NCBI GenBank assembly: GCA_963769935.1
Contig: CAVYNY010000009.1
Location: 160,001 to 224,000, forward strand
Origin: an uncultured delta proteobacterium
Lineage (GTDB): Bacteria; Desulfobacterota; Desulfobacteria; Desulfobacterales; JAFDCJ01
Reading direction: 5' to 3'
Length of the DNA: 64,000 nucleotides
Below are positions 19,175 to 28,345 of this stretch, piece after piece; within the stretch, counting starts at the first letter, position 1; every line of letters begins with the position of its first letter. A program made the translations under genes and the position numbers. The notes beneath the pieces were generated by a model. The model had not been told where the DNA came from. It ran no database searches and was given only the letters and a program-made list of their open reading frames with translations.

Positions 19175-22100
19175 ATGACAGATAAACAAGCTAAATTTCT
19201 ATTCGACAAGCGAGATCACGAGCTGATCCGGATCGTCAATAATGTGCAGCAGGTCGAAAGCAGCGCCCGATTTGCCCGCAAGTTCTATTTCCCCTATCTT
19301 CATCCCCATGGTATCAAGGAGATGACCGAAACCAAGGGCTTGCGCGCGGCCTACGCTGTAGCGCAACTGCTCAATTCGCTCGAGATCGGCGGTGTGGATG
19401 ACCGTATCAATGCCCTGCGCTCGCTGCGCCATGAAGTGATCGACATCGCCGAGGGTCCGCTGCCCAAAAACACGGCCCGGGTGCTGCTCCAGATCATGAA
19501 AGACCTGGTGCGCGCCCAAGGGGATTACCGCAGGCAGCTGGAGCTGGCCCATGATTTCCGCCGGACGGCCTCGGGCAAACCGCGCCTTGTCCGCCGGCAT
19601 TTGCGACGCTACCACCTGCTGGAAATGCCCGAGGAGTGGAATCAGATTGCCTTTGACGACCACGTTCATGATGCCAACACCAAGGGCCGCAAATCCTCCA
19701 CTCACCTGATAATGGACGCCTGGATCAAGGGGATCCGACGGCTGCGCGTTATTCACTACAACTATATCGAGCCGCGGTTTGCCGCGGAACTGCTGGAAGC
19801 GGCGAGAATATTGGAAATCGACATCCGGATCGGCATTGAGTTTTCCAGTCGATTTCGCGATAAGTACGTCCAGCTCATCTGGGTCCCCCGGGGGTTCACC
19901 GATGCCCAGTCGTTTTTGTGCTTTCTGGCCGAGCCGCCCGTCATGCAGCTCATGCAAGCCGGACGCAGCGCCTCCCGTTACCAGCAACAGTATGTCATGG
20001 ACCTGCTGCGAAAATTCAACGAGGTGCACCGACTGGAAATCAATCAGGTCTTCGGCGTCGATCTGCCCCCGATCAGGGAGGACGAGTTTCTGGCCTTTGT
20101 CGGCATCGGGCAGAAATCCAAACTGCATCTGTCGAAATTCATTCACAACCAATTGCTGCAGGTTCTACAGAAACGGGCCGCGGCGTTGCGAGACGAGTAT
20201 CTCCAGGCGGATGGCGACCGACGCCGGCAAATTTCCGAGTGGATCCAGGCCACGAATGCGCAGGACCTGGAATCCGTGGTGGATGCCTACCTGGAGCCGG
20301 AAAAAAACGCGGGGATCGGCAATCCGGACACCCCCGTTGATGCACCGGACTGTCCGGAGCTGCTGCTTCTGTCCCCCCTCGAATTGCTGAGCCGGCTGGC
20401 CCAGTTCCACGCGGGATACCGGGTAACCCTGAATTTGTCCAATCTGGTGGTTGAAGACGTACTGGAACTGATTTATGACTGCCAGGGCATGATCACGCGC
20501 CTGGAAATCTTCAATCTCAAGGATTATGCCGCCGGCAAGACCGCCCATGTTCCCGATATCAGCCGGCTGATGCAGGCCGTCAACGAAGGCAGTGCAATTC
20601 ATCTCAAACAGGTTACCCGCGACATCATTGACCGGCTGATCCGGTCCGGTTCTGCTGAAAAAAAAGTGCAGATCGATAAATTAACGACGATTTTGCATGA
20701 TATCGATACCCTCAAATCCTTTTACATTGGAAAACCACTGAAGGCCCGCATCGGCAGTGACTCCACCGGGCGATCGAGCCGCATGCACGGCATGGGACTG
20801 GCAATTAAAGAAACCCTGCCCAAAAGAGCCCAACGGTCGATCAAGCGCGACCGCATGCAGGATGTACGGGAGATCATTCCCATCCGGATGATCGCTTGCA
20901 AGCAACTGACATTCCTTCCCAAAAAAGGCTATATGCCGACCAGGCAGGTATTGTACTGGCTGGCGGCTCTGCTGCCGATCAACGGCTGGCTGGGTTTGAC
21001 GCGCCGGGAAGGCTGGGAGGTGGAACCGGCAGCCACCCGCATGGCGGACCCGGGCAACATTGTAACCCTCGGGGGCGTTCAAAAGAACATCGTCAACGGG
21101 CTTTATCTGAACCCGCCGGAAGCCGCCGACCGGCGCATTCGATTTCGCTGGCGCAATCTCAACTCCCATCTGCAGAATGCGCTGAAAGTGGTCATCGGTT
21201 TCATTCCGGCGTTTGCAACCTTCGCCCTGACCAAGGACTGGTGGGTGTTGGCCTATTGCGGGGCGTTTATCTGGTTCGGCATTACCGGCCTGCGCAATAT
21301 TCTGCAGTCGGTTCTGGGCGGCGGCGGTTTCAAGCGCTCGCCCCTGCTCAATTGGAACGACTACATCAGCTGGAGCCGCATCACGGACTCCTTGATGTAC
21401 ACCGGTTTCTCAGTGCCCCTGTTGGATTATGTCGTCAAAACTTTGATCCTCGACCGGGCCTTCGGCATCACCACGTCAACCAACCCGGTGCTGCTCTACA
21501 CGTTCATGGCGGTGGCCAACGGCATTTACCTCTCCAGCCACAACCTCATCAGGGGGCTATCCAAAGGTGCCGTCTATGGAAATTTCTTCCGCAGTATTTT
21601 GTCCATTCCCATTGCCGTCGGTTTGAACATGGTCATCGGAATAATTCTGGCGGCCGGGGGCGTCGCCGGCGTCGATCTGGAATTGCAGAAATGGGCGGCC
21701 ATCATTTCCAAAGCCGCCTCGGATATGGTTGCCGGCGTCATCGAGGGCCTGGCCGACCGCCACAAAAACATCCAGAACCGCCTGCGCGAATACACAGGCA
21801 AGTTTGCCCAGCTGTTCGACATCTATGCCCAGCTGGAGCTGCTCTACCCGGATGTGCGGACTTTCCGAATTCTGGATAGACCCGACAATCCGCAGCGCCG
21901 GACCAGCGCTGAGGCGCGCGACCTGGAAAAAATCATTATGATCCACGCCCTGGATCTGCTCTACTTCTGGTTGTACCAGCCGCGTTCGCGCACGGCACTG
22001 CGCCAGTTCCTGCACACCTTGACCGAAGACGAGCGCCACATCCTGGTCAGCAGTCAGTTTACGTTGCTGCGGCACCGCGAGATCAGCCAGCTTTTTATCG

Positions 22101-22312
22101 ACGGCATCCTGGGCGACAACTTCCCGCGTCCCCTGTCTTTTTATTTATCGCGCTACGAAGACTACCTGAAAGATGTCAAACGCCTGATTTTCGACGAGCA
22201 GCTGAACGATTCAGGCCCCTCCGCCCGGCCGGGTGTCCCCGTTGAACCTGCCGGTGCAGCGACTGCGGTCAAGGACTACTGCGAGGCATCCGTGCGCCGC
22301 ACGGCGAACTAA
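19175..22312 (+). CDS. Large hypothetical protein: degenerate PHP-like domain plus multi-pass membrane domain
   Basis: PHP-like motifs DDHVHD, GIEFS, LEIFN, GSDS in the expected order; several hydrophobic segments in the C-terminal third. Confidence 0.7.
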   Translation: MTDKQAKFLFDKRDHELIRIVNNVQQVESSARFARKFYFPYLHPHGIKEMTETKGLRAAYAVAQLLNSLEIGGVDDRINALRSLRHEVIDIAEGPLPKNTARVLLQIMKDLVRAQGDYRRQLELAHDFRRTASGKPRLVRRHLRRYHLLEMPEEWNQIAFDDHVHDANTKGRKSSTHLIMDAWIKGIRRLRVIHYNYIEPRFAAELLEAARILEIDIRIGIEFSSRFRDKYVQLIWVPRGFTDAQSFLCFLAEPPVMQLMQAGRSASRYQQQYVMDLLRKFNEVHRLEINQVFGVDLPPIREDEFLAFVGIGQKSKLHLSKFIHNQLLQVLQKRAAALRDEYLQADGDRRRQISEWIQATNAQDLESVVDAYLEPEKNAGIGNPDTPVDAPDCPELLLLSPLELLSRLAQFHAGYRVTLNLSNLVVEDVLELIYDCQGMITRLEIFNLKDYAAGKTAHVPDISRLMQAVNEGSAIHLKQVTRDIIDRLIRSGSAEKKVQIDKLTTILHDIDTLKSFYIGKPLKARIGSDSTGRSSRMHGMGLAIKETLPKRAQRSIKRDRMQDVREIIPIRMIACKQLTFLPKKGYMPTRQVLYWLAALLPINGWLGLTRREGWEVEPAATRMADPGNIVTLGGVQKNIVNGLYLNPPEAADRRIRFRWRNLNSHLQNALKVVIGFIPAFATFALTKDWWVLAYCGAFIWFGITGLRNILQSVLGGGGFKRSPLLNWNDYISWSRITDSLMYTGFSVPLLDYVVKTLILDRAFGITTSTNPVLLYTFMAVANGIYLSSHNLIRGLSKGAVYGNFFRSILSIPIAVGLNMVIGIILAAGGVAGVDLELQKWAAIISKAASDMVAGVIEGLADRHKNIQNRLREYTGKFAQLFDIYAQLELLYPDVRTFRILDRPDNPQRRTSAEARDLEKIIMIHALDLLYFWLYQPRSRTALRQFLHTLTEDERHILVSSQFTLLRHREISQLFIDGILGDNFPRPLSFYLSRYEDYLKDVKRLIFDEQLNDSGPSARPGVPVEPAGAATAVKDYCEASVRRTAN

Positions 22313-22468
22313 GGTCTCACTCAAAAATAATTTCACATTTTATTCGCCGCTGCATCCCACCTGGCTGTGTTGCGAAAGCTCGGAATATCCAGATACTCCT
22401 GCGTTTTCGCGCCTTGCCAGCCGGGCGCCGCAACGCCTAAAATTGTGAACTAATTTTTTCGTGAACCC
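22313..22468. mobile_element. 156-bp MITE-like element with about 29-bp imperfect terminal inverted repeats and TAA duplication
   Basis: GGTCTCACTCAAAAATAATTTCACATTTT ... AAATTGTGAACTAATTTTTTCGTGAACCC; TAA at 22310-22312 and 22469-22471. Confidence 0.65.
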
Positions 22469-22646
22469 TAAGTCGATTCGCCCTACAACTTCTTAATTGA
22501 CAGTCTCCATATTTTTGAATATAGGCATCGATACATCCGGCCTCGTCTGGAAGCGCGATGCGCGACTTTTTATTAGTGGCTTTACGCTATAACCCGACAG
22601 CGTGCTTTTAGGTTTGGCTTGATAAATTCTTCTGGGAGTCAGGCGC

Positions 22647-23240
22647 ATGTCGCAGGGAAAATCACCCGGGGTCCCAACGGGCGGCCGATTCACCTTCTTT
22701 GGCGAATTTCTGAAACATCCGCTTCAGGTCGCCTCGATCATTCCCAGCTCTCGCTGTGTCGAGCGGCGTATTGTGGAGACAGCCGGAGTTGATTTCGCAA
22801 AGTCCATTATAGAGTTGGGCCCTGGTACCGGGGGCACGACCCGAGCGATACTGAATGCAATGGCGCCGCAAGCCAAGCTTTTGAGCATTGAAATCAATCC
22901 GCGGTTGTACAACCTGGTAAACCGCATCAGGGACGAACGATTCATCGCTCACCATGGCAACGCCGAGAATCTGCTGGAAATCATTTCAGCCTATGGGGTG
23001 GAAGTCCCGGAGATTTTTATTTCCGGCATTCCCTTTTCTACCATCAGCCACTCATCAGGATCCAAAATTCTTGAAGCGATCTCGTCTGTTCTCGCCCCGG
23101 GGGGGCGCTTTGTGGCATACCAGGTTAGCAGCCACGTCGCCTCCGTCTGCCGGCCCTTTCTGGGTACGGCACAGGTAGAAGTGCAGCTTTTCAACATACC
23201 GCCGCTGCGAATCTACCGTTGGGAGAAAAATTTCAGATGA
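22647..23240 (+). CDS. Class I SAM-dependent methyltransferase, phospholipid N-methyltransferase (PmtA-like)
   Basis: FLKHPLQVASIIPSS, IELGPGTGG, ISGIPF, GGRFVAYQ, FNIPP. Confidence 0.82.
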   Translation: MSQGKSPGVPTGGRFTFFGEFLKHPLQVASIIPSSRCVERRIVETAGVDFAKSIIELGPGTGGTTRAILNAMAPQAKLLSIEINPRLYNLVNRIRDERFIAHHGNAENLLEIISAYGVEVPEIFISGIPFSTISHSSGSKILEAISSVLAPGGRFVAYQVSSHVASVCRPFLGTAQVEVQLFNIPPLRIYRWEKNFR

Positions 23241-23358
23241 TTTGATTGCGCAAAATATTTTAGCATTTCCCTCAAGTAATCTGCAAAATTCCCGATAAAA
23301 AAGATGACTCCCTATACAACAAGTGAATTTATGATATAAGAATAAATCCCGACTTGGG

Positions 23359-23387
23359 TTGACAAGCCGCCAAGATTTGAATATAAA
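23359..23387 (+). promoter_or_regulatory. Sigma70-like promoter TTGACA-17-TATAAA
   Basis: Near-consensus boxes about 70 bp upstream of the M23 gene. Confidence 0.6.
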
Positions 23388-23458
23388 CACACAAAACAGC
23401 GATTCTGGAGCCTGAAACAGATCCTCAATATTTGAAAGCTGAACTAGTCATAAAACCG

Positions 23459-24748
23459 ATGCCTAAATTCAAGATAAGCCCCGCTGCCCTGACGATGGTC
23501 CTGATTCACCTGATGGTTCTCGGCCTCGTGTTGACTGCTTCCGCCAATGACGTCGTCTTGGCGCTCGAAAATTCTTGGGACAGGCCGGACAGCTCTCAGG
23601 TCGAACACCCTGCAATGCGCGCGCCCGATGGGCCACTGACGGTTATCGAGGGCAAAATCGGTCGACAACCCGTCTACAACTTACTGGTGGCCTATGGCAT
23701 CGCTCCTTCAGAAGTGCTGTCTCTGACGCGATCTTTCAAAGGCCTATTTGATTTTCGCAACGCGCGTCCCAAAGATGAATTCAGAGTCTCCCTGACACCA
23801 CAAAAGAATCTGCAAAAACTCACCTATAAAACAGGGCTTACCGATCAATATATTGCCGTCCGAACCGATGACGGCGACTTTCGCGCCTATCACCAGGAAA
23901 TTGAGTTGGAGAGAGAATTCATCGCCAAAAGCTTTACCATTGAAAGTTCGCTTTTTCAGGCCGTATCCGACCAGCAGGAAAGCAGCTGCCTGGCGGCCGA
24001 CTTTGCCGGCATCTTCTCCTGGGATATCGATTTCTACCTTTTTCCCCGCAAGGGAGACACCATCCGGATGCTTTATGAAAAATATAGCCTTAAGGGGGAG
24101 TTTGTAAAATACGGCAGGATCCTCGCGGCGGAATACATCGGGCGCAACCGAAAATTCTCGGCGTTTTATTTCGACGACGGCCGTGAGGCAGGCTATTATG
24201 ATGAAAATGGTGTTCCGTTACGCAAGATGTTCATGCGCGTACCTGTCAAATTCGGCCTGTGCACCTCATCCTATTCGGCAAGACGCTTCCACCCCATCTC
24301 GAAAATATACAAGCGCCACACCGGCATCGATTACGGGGCCACCCTCGGCACGCCCATCTTTGCAACCGCAAGCGGCACCGTGGAATATGCCGGCTGGCGC
24401 GGCGGCTATGGCAAACTGGTGATCGTCCGCCATCCCAACGGTTACGAAACTTACTACGGCCACTGCAGCCGTTTGCGGGTCAAAAAGGGTGCCTATGTGA
24501 AACAGGGAGAGACCATCGCCGAAGTCGGCCAGACCGGCGACGCTACCGGTCCTCATGTGCACTATGAGATCCGCATCAACGGCCGGCCGGTGAACCCCAG
24601 CAGTCTGAAAACCACCAAGGCCCCCTCTCTGCCCCCCGATCAGCGGCTCAGGTTTGAGCATATGGTGCAGCAGCGCCTGCTGATGGTGGGGGATCATATG
24701 CTCTCTGAAAACCAGCAGACCGACGATACCACGGTGGGACTTCGCTAG
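23459..24748 (+). CDS. M23 family peptidoglycan metalloendopeptidase (MepM-like)
   Basis: N-terminal hydrophobic helix; FSWDIDF, HTGIDYG (HxxxD), TGPHVHYE (HxH). Confidence 0.92.
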   Translation: MPKFKISPAALTMVLIHLMVLGLVLTASANDVVLALENSWDRPDSSQVEHPAMRAPDGPLTVIEGKIGRQPVYNLLVAYGIAPSEVLSLTRSFKGLFDFRNARPKDEFRVSLTPQKNLQKLTYKTGLTDQYIAVRTDDGDFRAYHQEIELEREFIAKSFTIESSLFQAVSDQQESSCLAADFAGIFSWDIDFYLFPRKGDTIRMLYEKYSLKGEFVKYGRILAAEYIGRNRKFSAFYFDDGREAGYYDENGVPLRKMFMRVPVKFGLCTSSYSARRFHPISKIYKRHTGIDYGATLGTPIFATASGTVEYAGWRGGYGKLVIVRHPNGYETYYGHCSRLRVKKGAYVKQGETIAEVGQTGDATGPHVHYEIRINGRPVNPSSLKTTKAPSLPPDQRLRFEHMVQQRLLMVGDHMLSENQQTDDTTVGLR

Positions 24749-24749
24749 G

Positions 24750-24905
24750 AACAACAGAGAACAGAGGACAGAGGACAGATAAGAAGTTGAGAAGGTGAGA
24801 AGATCAGAAGGTAAGAAGTTGGGAAGTTGAGAAAAAAACCGGCATTTCTTCCTTTAGCCTTTCACCTTTAGCCTTTCACCTTTAGCCTTTCACCTTCACC
24901 TTTCC
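24750..24905. repeat. Purine-rich 7/8-mer arrays followed by a pyrimidine-rich cctttag/cctttca 7-mer array
   Basis: Directly visible; the last array runs into the 3' end of the RES gene. Confidence 0.85.
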
Positions 24906-25366
24906 CTACTTGCAAGACGCGGATCAAATCGGTAATTAATCGTGCTGCCGATGGTAATCTTTGCAAAATCCGGATGGTGCGGGCTGAGCAGATAGTTGTA
25001 TTCCTCAGGGATCACAACACTGGGCACTTTTAATACTGCAGATTTTCCTTGCTTAACCCAGCGATCCCCGATCGCTTTGATGGATGGTGCAGCAGGCCGG
25101 CTGTTCCAATCGTTTGGAAGAATGTCCAAAGGCAAGTCCATGATCAGGTTCGCCGGAATATGTACCGGGATTCTGACATATGCCTCCAAAAGCTTGGGAC
25201 CGGGAAGGTTTACCACCATTTCGATGGATGCTAAGGCAATGCTGCCGGCCGTGTATACCATGATGGTTCCCTTGCTGTTCCAGCGGCCGCCGCGAAGCCG
25301 CGCGCCTTCGCCGGAAAAAGCGTCGTCTTGGTATCTTGCCTGCACGATTCTCCACGCCGTTATCAT
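24896..25366 (-). CDS. RES-domain toxin
   Basis: WRI...FSGEGA..GGRWN...YTA...E...VPSVVIPEEYNYLL; start overlaps the antitoxin stop (TGATG). Confidence 0.92.
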   Translation of the reverse strand: MITAWRIVQARYQDDAFSGEGARLRGGRWNSKGTIMVYTAGSIALASIEMVVNLPGPKLLEAYVRIPVHIPANLIMDLPLDILPNDWNSRPAAPSIKAIGDRWVKQGKSAVLKVPSVVIPEEYNYLLSPHHPDFAKITIGSTINYRFDPRLASRER

Positions 25367-25767
25367 CAGGTGAAGATCCCATGTTCGATGCGGCCTAACA
25401 GGTCGTCCACTTCCTGAGCTCCAAGCTCAGTCTCGGCGAACTCCAGCGGTGGTATATCTCCCAGCGCCCATGCGGGTTCCTTGAGCCACTTGCGGCCCAT
25501 TTTCTTGTCTTCAAACACCTCCACTGCTCGGTCATACAGCCGCGCAATTCGGAAGATTCTTTCGGATTCTTCAAAGGTCATCCGACCGGATTTTTTTCGT
25601 CGCGCCAACGTGCTGATCGCAATGTTCAGCGTCTTGGCAAGCGACTTTTCGGACAATTCCAGGTTTTTGCATAGCCGGTCAAAAGCCTTCACGGACAATC
25701 CCTCCTTGATCTTGGCGATTAGCTTGGCACTGCTTTGCGGCTGAAGACCGATGGAGACCCCATACAT
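25366..25767 (-). CDS. Xre/MbcA/ParS-type antitoxin
   Basis: HTH ISTLARRK, ESERIFRIARL, WL..P..ALG..P, LGRIEHG; ATG 25767 after GGAGG. Confidence 0.9.
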   Translation of the reverse strand: MYGVSIGLQPQSSAKLIAKIKEGLSVKAFDRLCKNLELSEKSLAKTLNIAISTLARRKKSGRMTFEESERIFRIARLYDRAVEVFEDKKMGRKWLKEPAWALGDIPPLEFAETELGAQEVDDLLGRIEHGIFT

Positions 25768-25797
25768 GACAATTGCCCTCCTGTTGCGTTTTTTATA

Positions 25798-25833
25798 TGG
25801 CAATAATATAATTACCAAATGACAACTTGTAAA
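25798..25833 (-). promoter_or_regulatory. Toxin-antitoxin promoter TTTACA-17-TATTAT with an inverted repeat around the -10 box
   Basis: TGGCAAT-ataata-ATTACCA (25798-25817) brackets the -10 hexamer. Confidence 0.55.
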
Positions 25834-25892
25834 GCGAACAAAATAGTATCTGTTAATATATTGCTTCCGCTTTTACCCACCCGTTAATCGGC

Positions 25893-28100
25893 TCACTTCA
25901 CCGTAAAACTTACCACTGAGGTTTCCTGAAATTGCCCGGTTTGATCGAGCGCTATACGGGCCTTGACCGAATGGGCTCCCCGCTGCAACGGCCACCGGTA
26001 TTCGCCGGAAGGCGTGGTCACCGCCGGCTTGTCGTCGATATACCAGTCCACTTTTGTTTTTGTATTCAGGTTGGCCAGTCTGAAAACAAATGCCTCCTGA
26101 TCGTCGGCAATTCGGGGATCCATTGCCAATTGCAGCCCGGGGGTGGGATACTGCAGATACACCGGCAGTGCTTCGTAGGTGCGAACACCGGAAGATTCGG
26201 GTTCGGTTCCGGGAACGAACCACTCGCCGACGGCGGAGCAGCTGCCGTCGGCCGGCAATCCGCTGTCGCGGCAGATTTCCATTTTTATCAGCCGCGAGCT
26301 CAAATACAGCGGACGCGTGTCCTGGTGCCGATTGAGCTCCGCAAACACGGATCGCAATATCAGCGCCGGACCGTTGGATCCGGTGATACCGTCGGTGGCC
26401 TGATGGCTCAGGTTGCCGATCCAGACACCGGCCGTGAAGCGGGAATTATAACCGACGGCCCAGGCATCCCGGTAATCGCTGGATGTTCCGGTCTTAACGG
26501 CGGTTTGAACCGGAAACCGCAGCAGACTGCCGTTGCCGAATTCCAGCCGCCGGGCTTCCGGATCCGACAGGATGCTGCCGATCAGCGATGCGGTTTCGGA
26601 TGAAAAGATTCGGCGCGCGCTCTGCCGGGGCGGTTCGTCCATTAAATATTTCAGGGGTCGAAAAGTTCCCTGTCCGGCCAGCACCGTATAGGCCCGCACC
26701 AGTTCCAGCAGAGTAATTTCGCCGTTGCCCAGCGCCAGACCGTCGCCGTAAAAATCCGGGTGCTGCTGCAGGCTGCGGATTTCCAGTTCATGCAGACAAT
26801 CGAGAAACGCATCGACACCTGTAAACTGGATGGCACGCACCGCCGGTATGTTCAGTGAATTGCCGAGCGCCTCCCGGACCCTCAACGGCCCGTAATGCGT
26901 GCGGCTGTAGTTATGGTAGGAATGCAGACCCCGGCCGACGGCTTCGGCCAACGGTTGATCATCCACCAGCGTGGCCGCGGTCCAGCCTTTTTCCAGCGCC
27001 AGGGCATACAAAAGCGGTTTCAGGGTTGAGCCCGGCTGGCGGGGCGTGGTGACCGCATCAATCCAGCTGGCCGGAATATCCGCCAGATAGCTGCCGCTGT
27101 TTACCCACGCCAGCACCTCACTGCGCTGATGGTCTATGATCAATACCGCTCCGTTTTCGGCGCCCCGTTTTTTGATATCTTTCAGCCGATTGTCCAGGAT
27201 GGATTGAACGATGCGCTGCAGGCCGGAATCAAGCGTGCTGTGCAGGCGAACGGTATCCTGCAAATCCGCCGGCGGTAATATTTGAAAGAGGTGGTGAACG
27301 AAGTGATCGGCCTGCACGGGAATATCGCCGGTTCTAATCTCCAGCGCATCGGTGCTGATCATCGCGTAGCGTTCTGCATCGATGATCCCGTCCTGCAGCA
27401 GACGATCCGCAAGTCCGGCAATCGAACGAGCCAGGTCATCCGGCTTGCTGCGCACATCCAGGCGGGCCGGCGCCCGGACCATCACCACCAGGGCCAGCAT
27501 TTCCTTGGTGCTCAGCGTGTCCGGATCGCGATCAAAAAAATAGCGGGCCGCCTGCACCACACCCCTCCGCCGGGCGGTATATGGCACCTGATTGAGGTAA
27601 AACTCCAGAATTTCGCTTTTAGAAAAAGATTTTTCAAGCCCGGCGGCCTCGATACCTTCCAGCCAGCGCGACCAGAGGGTGCGCGGCCGCGGATGCCACA
27701 TGCGAACCACCTGCTCGCTGATAGTGCTTGCGCCCCTCACCGATCGCAGCGCTTTTATATTTTGCCAGAGCGCATGCAGGCGTGCCGGCCAGTCGACGCC
27801 GCCATGCTCAAAGAACCGCTGATCCTCGGACGCCACGAACGCCTGCCGCAGAAAATCGGGAATATCGTGCAACGGCACAAAGTCATGGATGTTCCAACGG
27901 TTCTGGTAGGTGACCGTCAGCGGAACATAATTGCGATCGACAATCTGAACTTTTCGCAGATGGGTAGAACCCAGGGCCAGTGAATCCGGCAGCGGCCGAA
28001 GATCGGCCCGGGTTTTCCAAAACAAGCCCCCTGCAATCAATACCGTCGACACCAATAAAGCTGCGGCCGCTTTTCTGGTTATGGCGTGTTTTCTATCCAT
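25893..28100 (-). CDS. pbpC: Penicillin-binding protein 1C
   Basis: SEDQRFFEHGGVD, GASTISEQ, GSTLKP (SxxK), SLN, KTG, C-terminal BiPBP-like domain; downstream of alpha-2-macroglobulin; start placed at ATG 28100. Confidence 0.9.
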   Translation of the reverse strand: MDRKHAITRKAAAALLVSTVLIAGGLFWKTRADLRPLPDSLALGSTHLRKVQIVDRNYVPLTVTYQNRWNIHDFVPLHDIPDFLRQAFVASEDQRFFEHGGVDWPARLHALWQNIKALRSVRGASTISEQVVRMWHPRPRTLWSRWLEGIEAAGLEKSFSKSEILEFYLNQVPYTARRRGVVQAARYFFDRDPDTLSTKEMLALVVMVRAPARLDVRSKPDDLARSIAGLADRLLQDGIIDAERYAMISTDALEIRTGDIPVQADHFVHHLFQILPPADLQDTVRLHSTLDSGLQRIVQSILDNRLKDIKKRGAENGAVLIIDHQRSEVLAWVNSGSYLADIPASWIDAVTTPRQPGSTLKPLLYALALEKGWTAATLVDDQPLAEAVGRGLHSYHNYSRTHYGPLRVREALGNSLNIPAVRAIQFTGVDAFLDCLHELEIRSLQQHPDFYGDGLALGNGEITLLELVRAYTVLAGQGTFRPLKYLMDEPPRQSARRIFSSETASLIGSILSDPEARRLEFGNGSLLRFPVQTAVKTGTSSDYRDAWAVGYNSRFTAGVWIGNLSHQATDGITGSNGPALILRSVFAELNRHQDTRPLYLSSRLIKMEICRDSGLPADGSCSAVGEWFVPGTEPESSGVRTYEALPVYLQYPTPGLQLAMDPRIADDQEAFVFRLANLNTKTKVDWYIDDKPAVTTPSGEYRWPLQRGAHSVKARIALDQTGQFQETSVVSFTVK

Positions 28101-28104
28101 GCTT

Positions 28105-28345
28105 GTTTTGTTAATTGAGTTTGTTGCGTTTGTTGAGTTTGTTGTGTCGATTGAGTTGATGGAGTTGATTGGAACTGCCAGGTTTTTTAACCAACTTCTC
28201 AAACAAGCCTCATTACTTAATCGACGATCGAGCTATCGCAGCCTTTTATCTAGCCTTTGGCGCTTCACTTTGCGCCATTGACACCTGAACCTAACTGATA
28301 ACCTATAACCGTTCTTCTCTTCTTATTTCATCTTCTTCTCTTCTT
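28105..28345. repeat. Degenerate 9-mer and 7-mer tandem blocks between the macroglobulin gene and pbpC
   Basis: ttgttgcgt ttgttgagt ttgttgtgt...; CT-rich tract near 28310-28345. Confidence 0.75.

Noticed and set aside
19199..22075. Several 140-330 aa overlapping ORFs
   Set aside because: Shadow frames within the 1045-aa gene
28101..28202. INSINSIDTTNS extension of PBP1C
   Set aside because: Translation of a 9-mer array; not a plausible protein N-terminus
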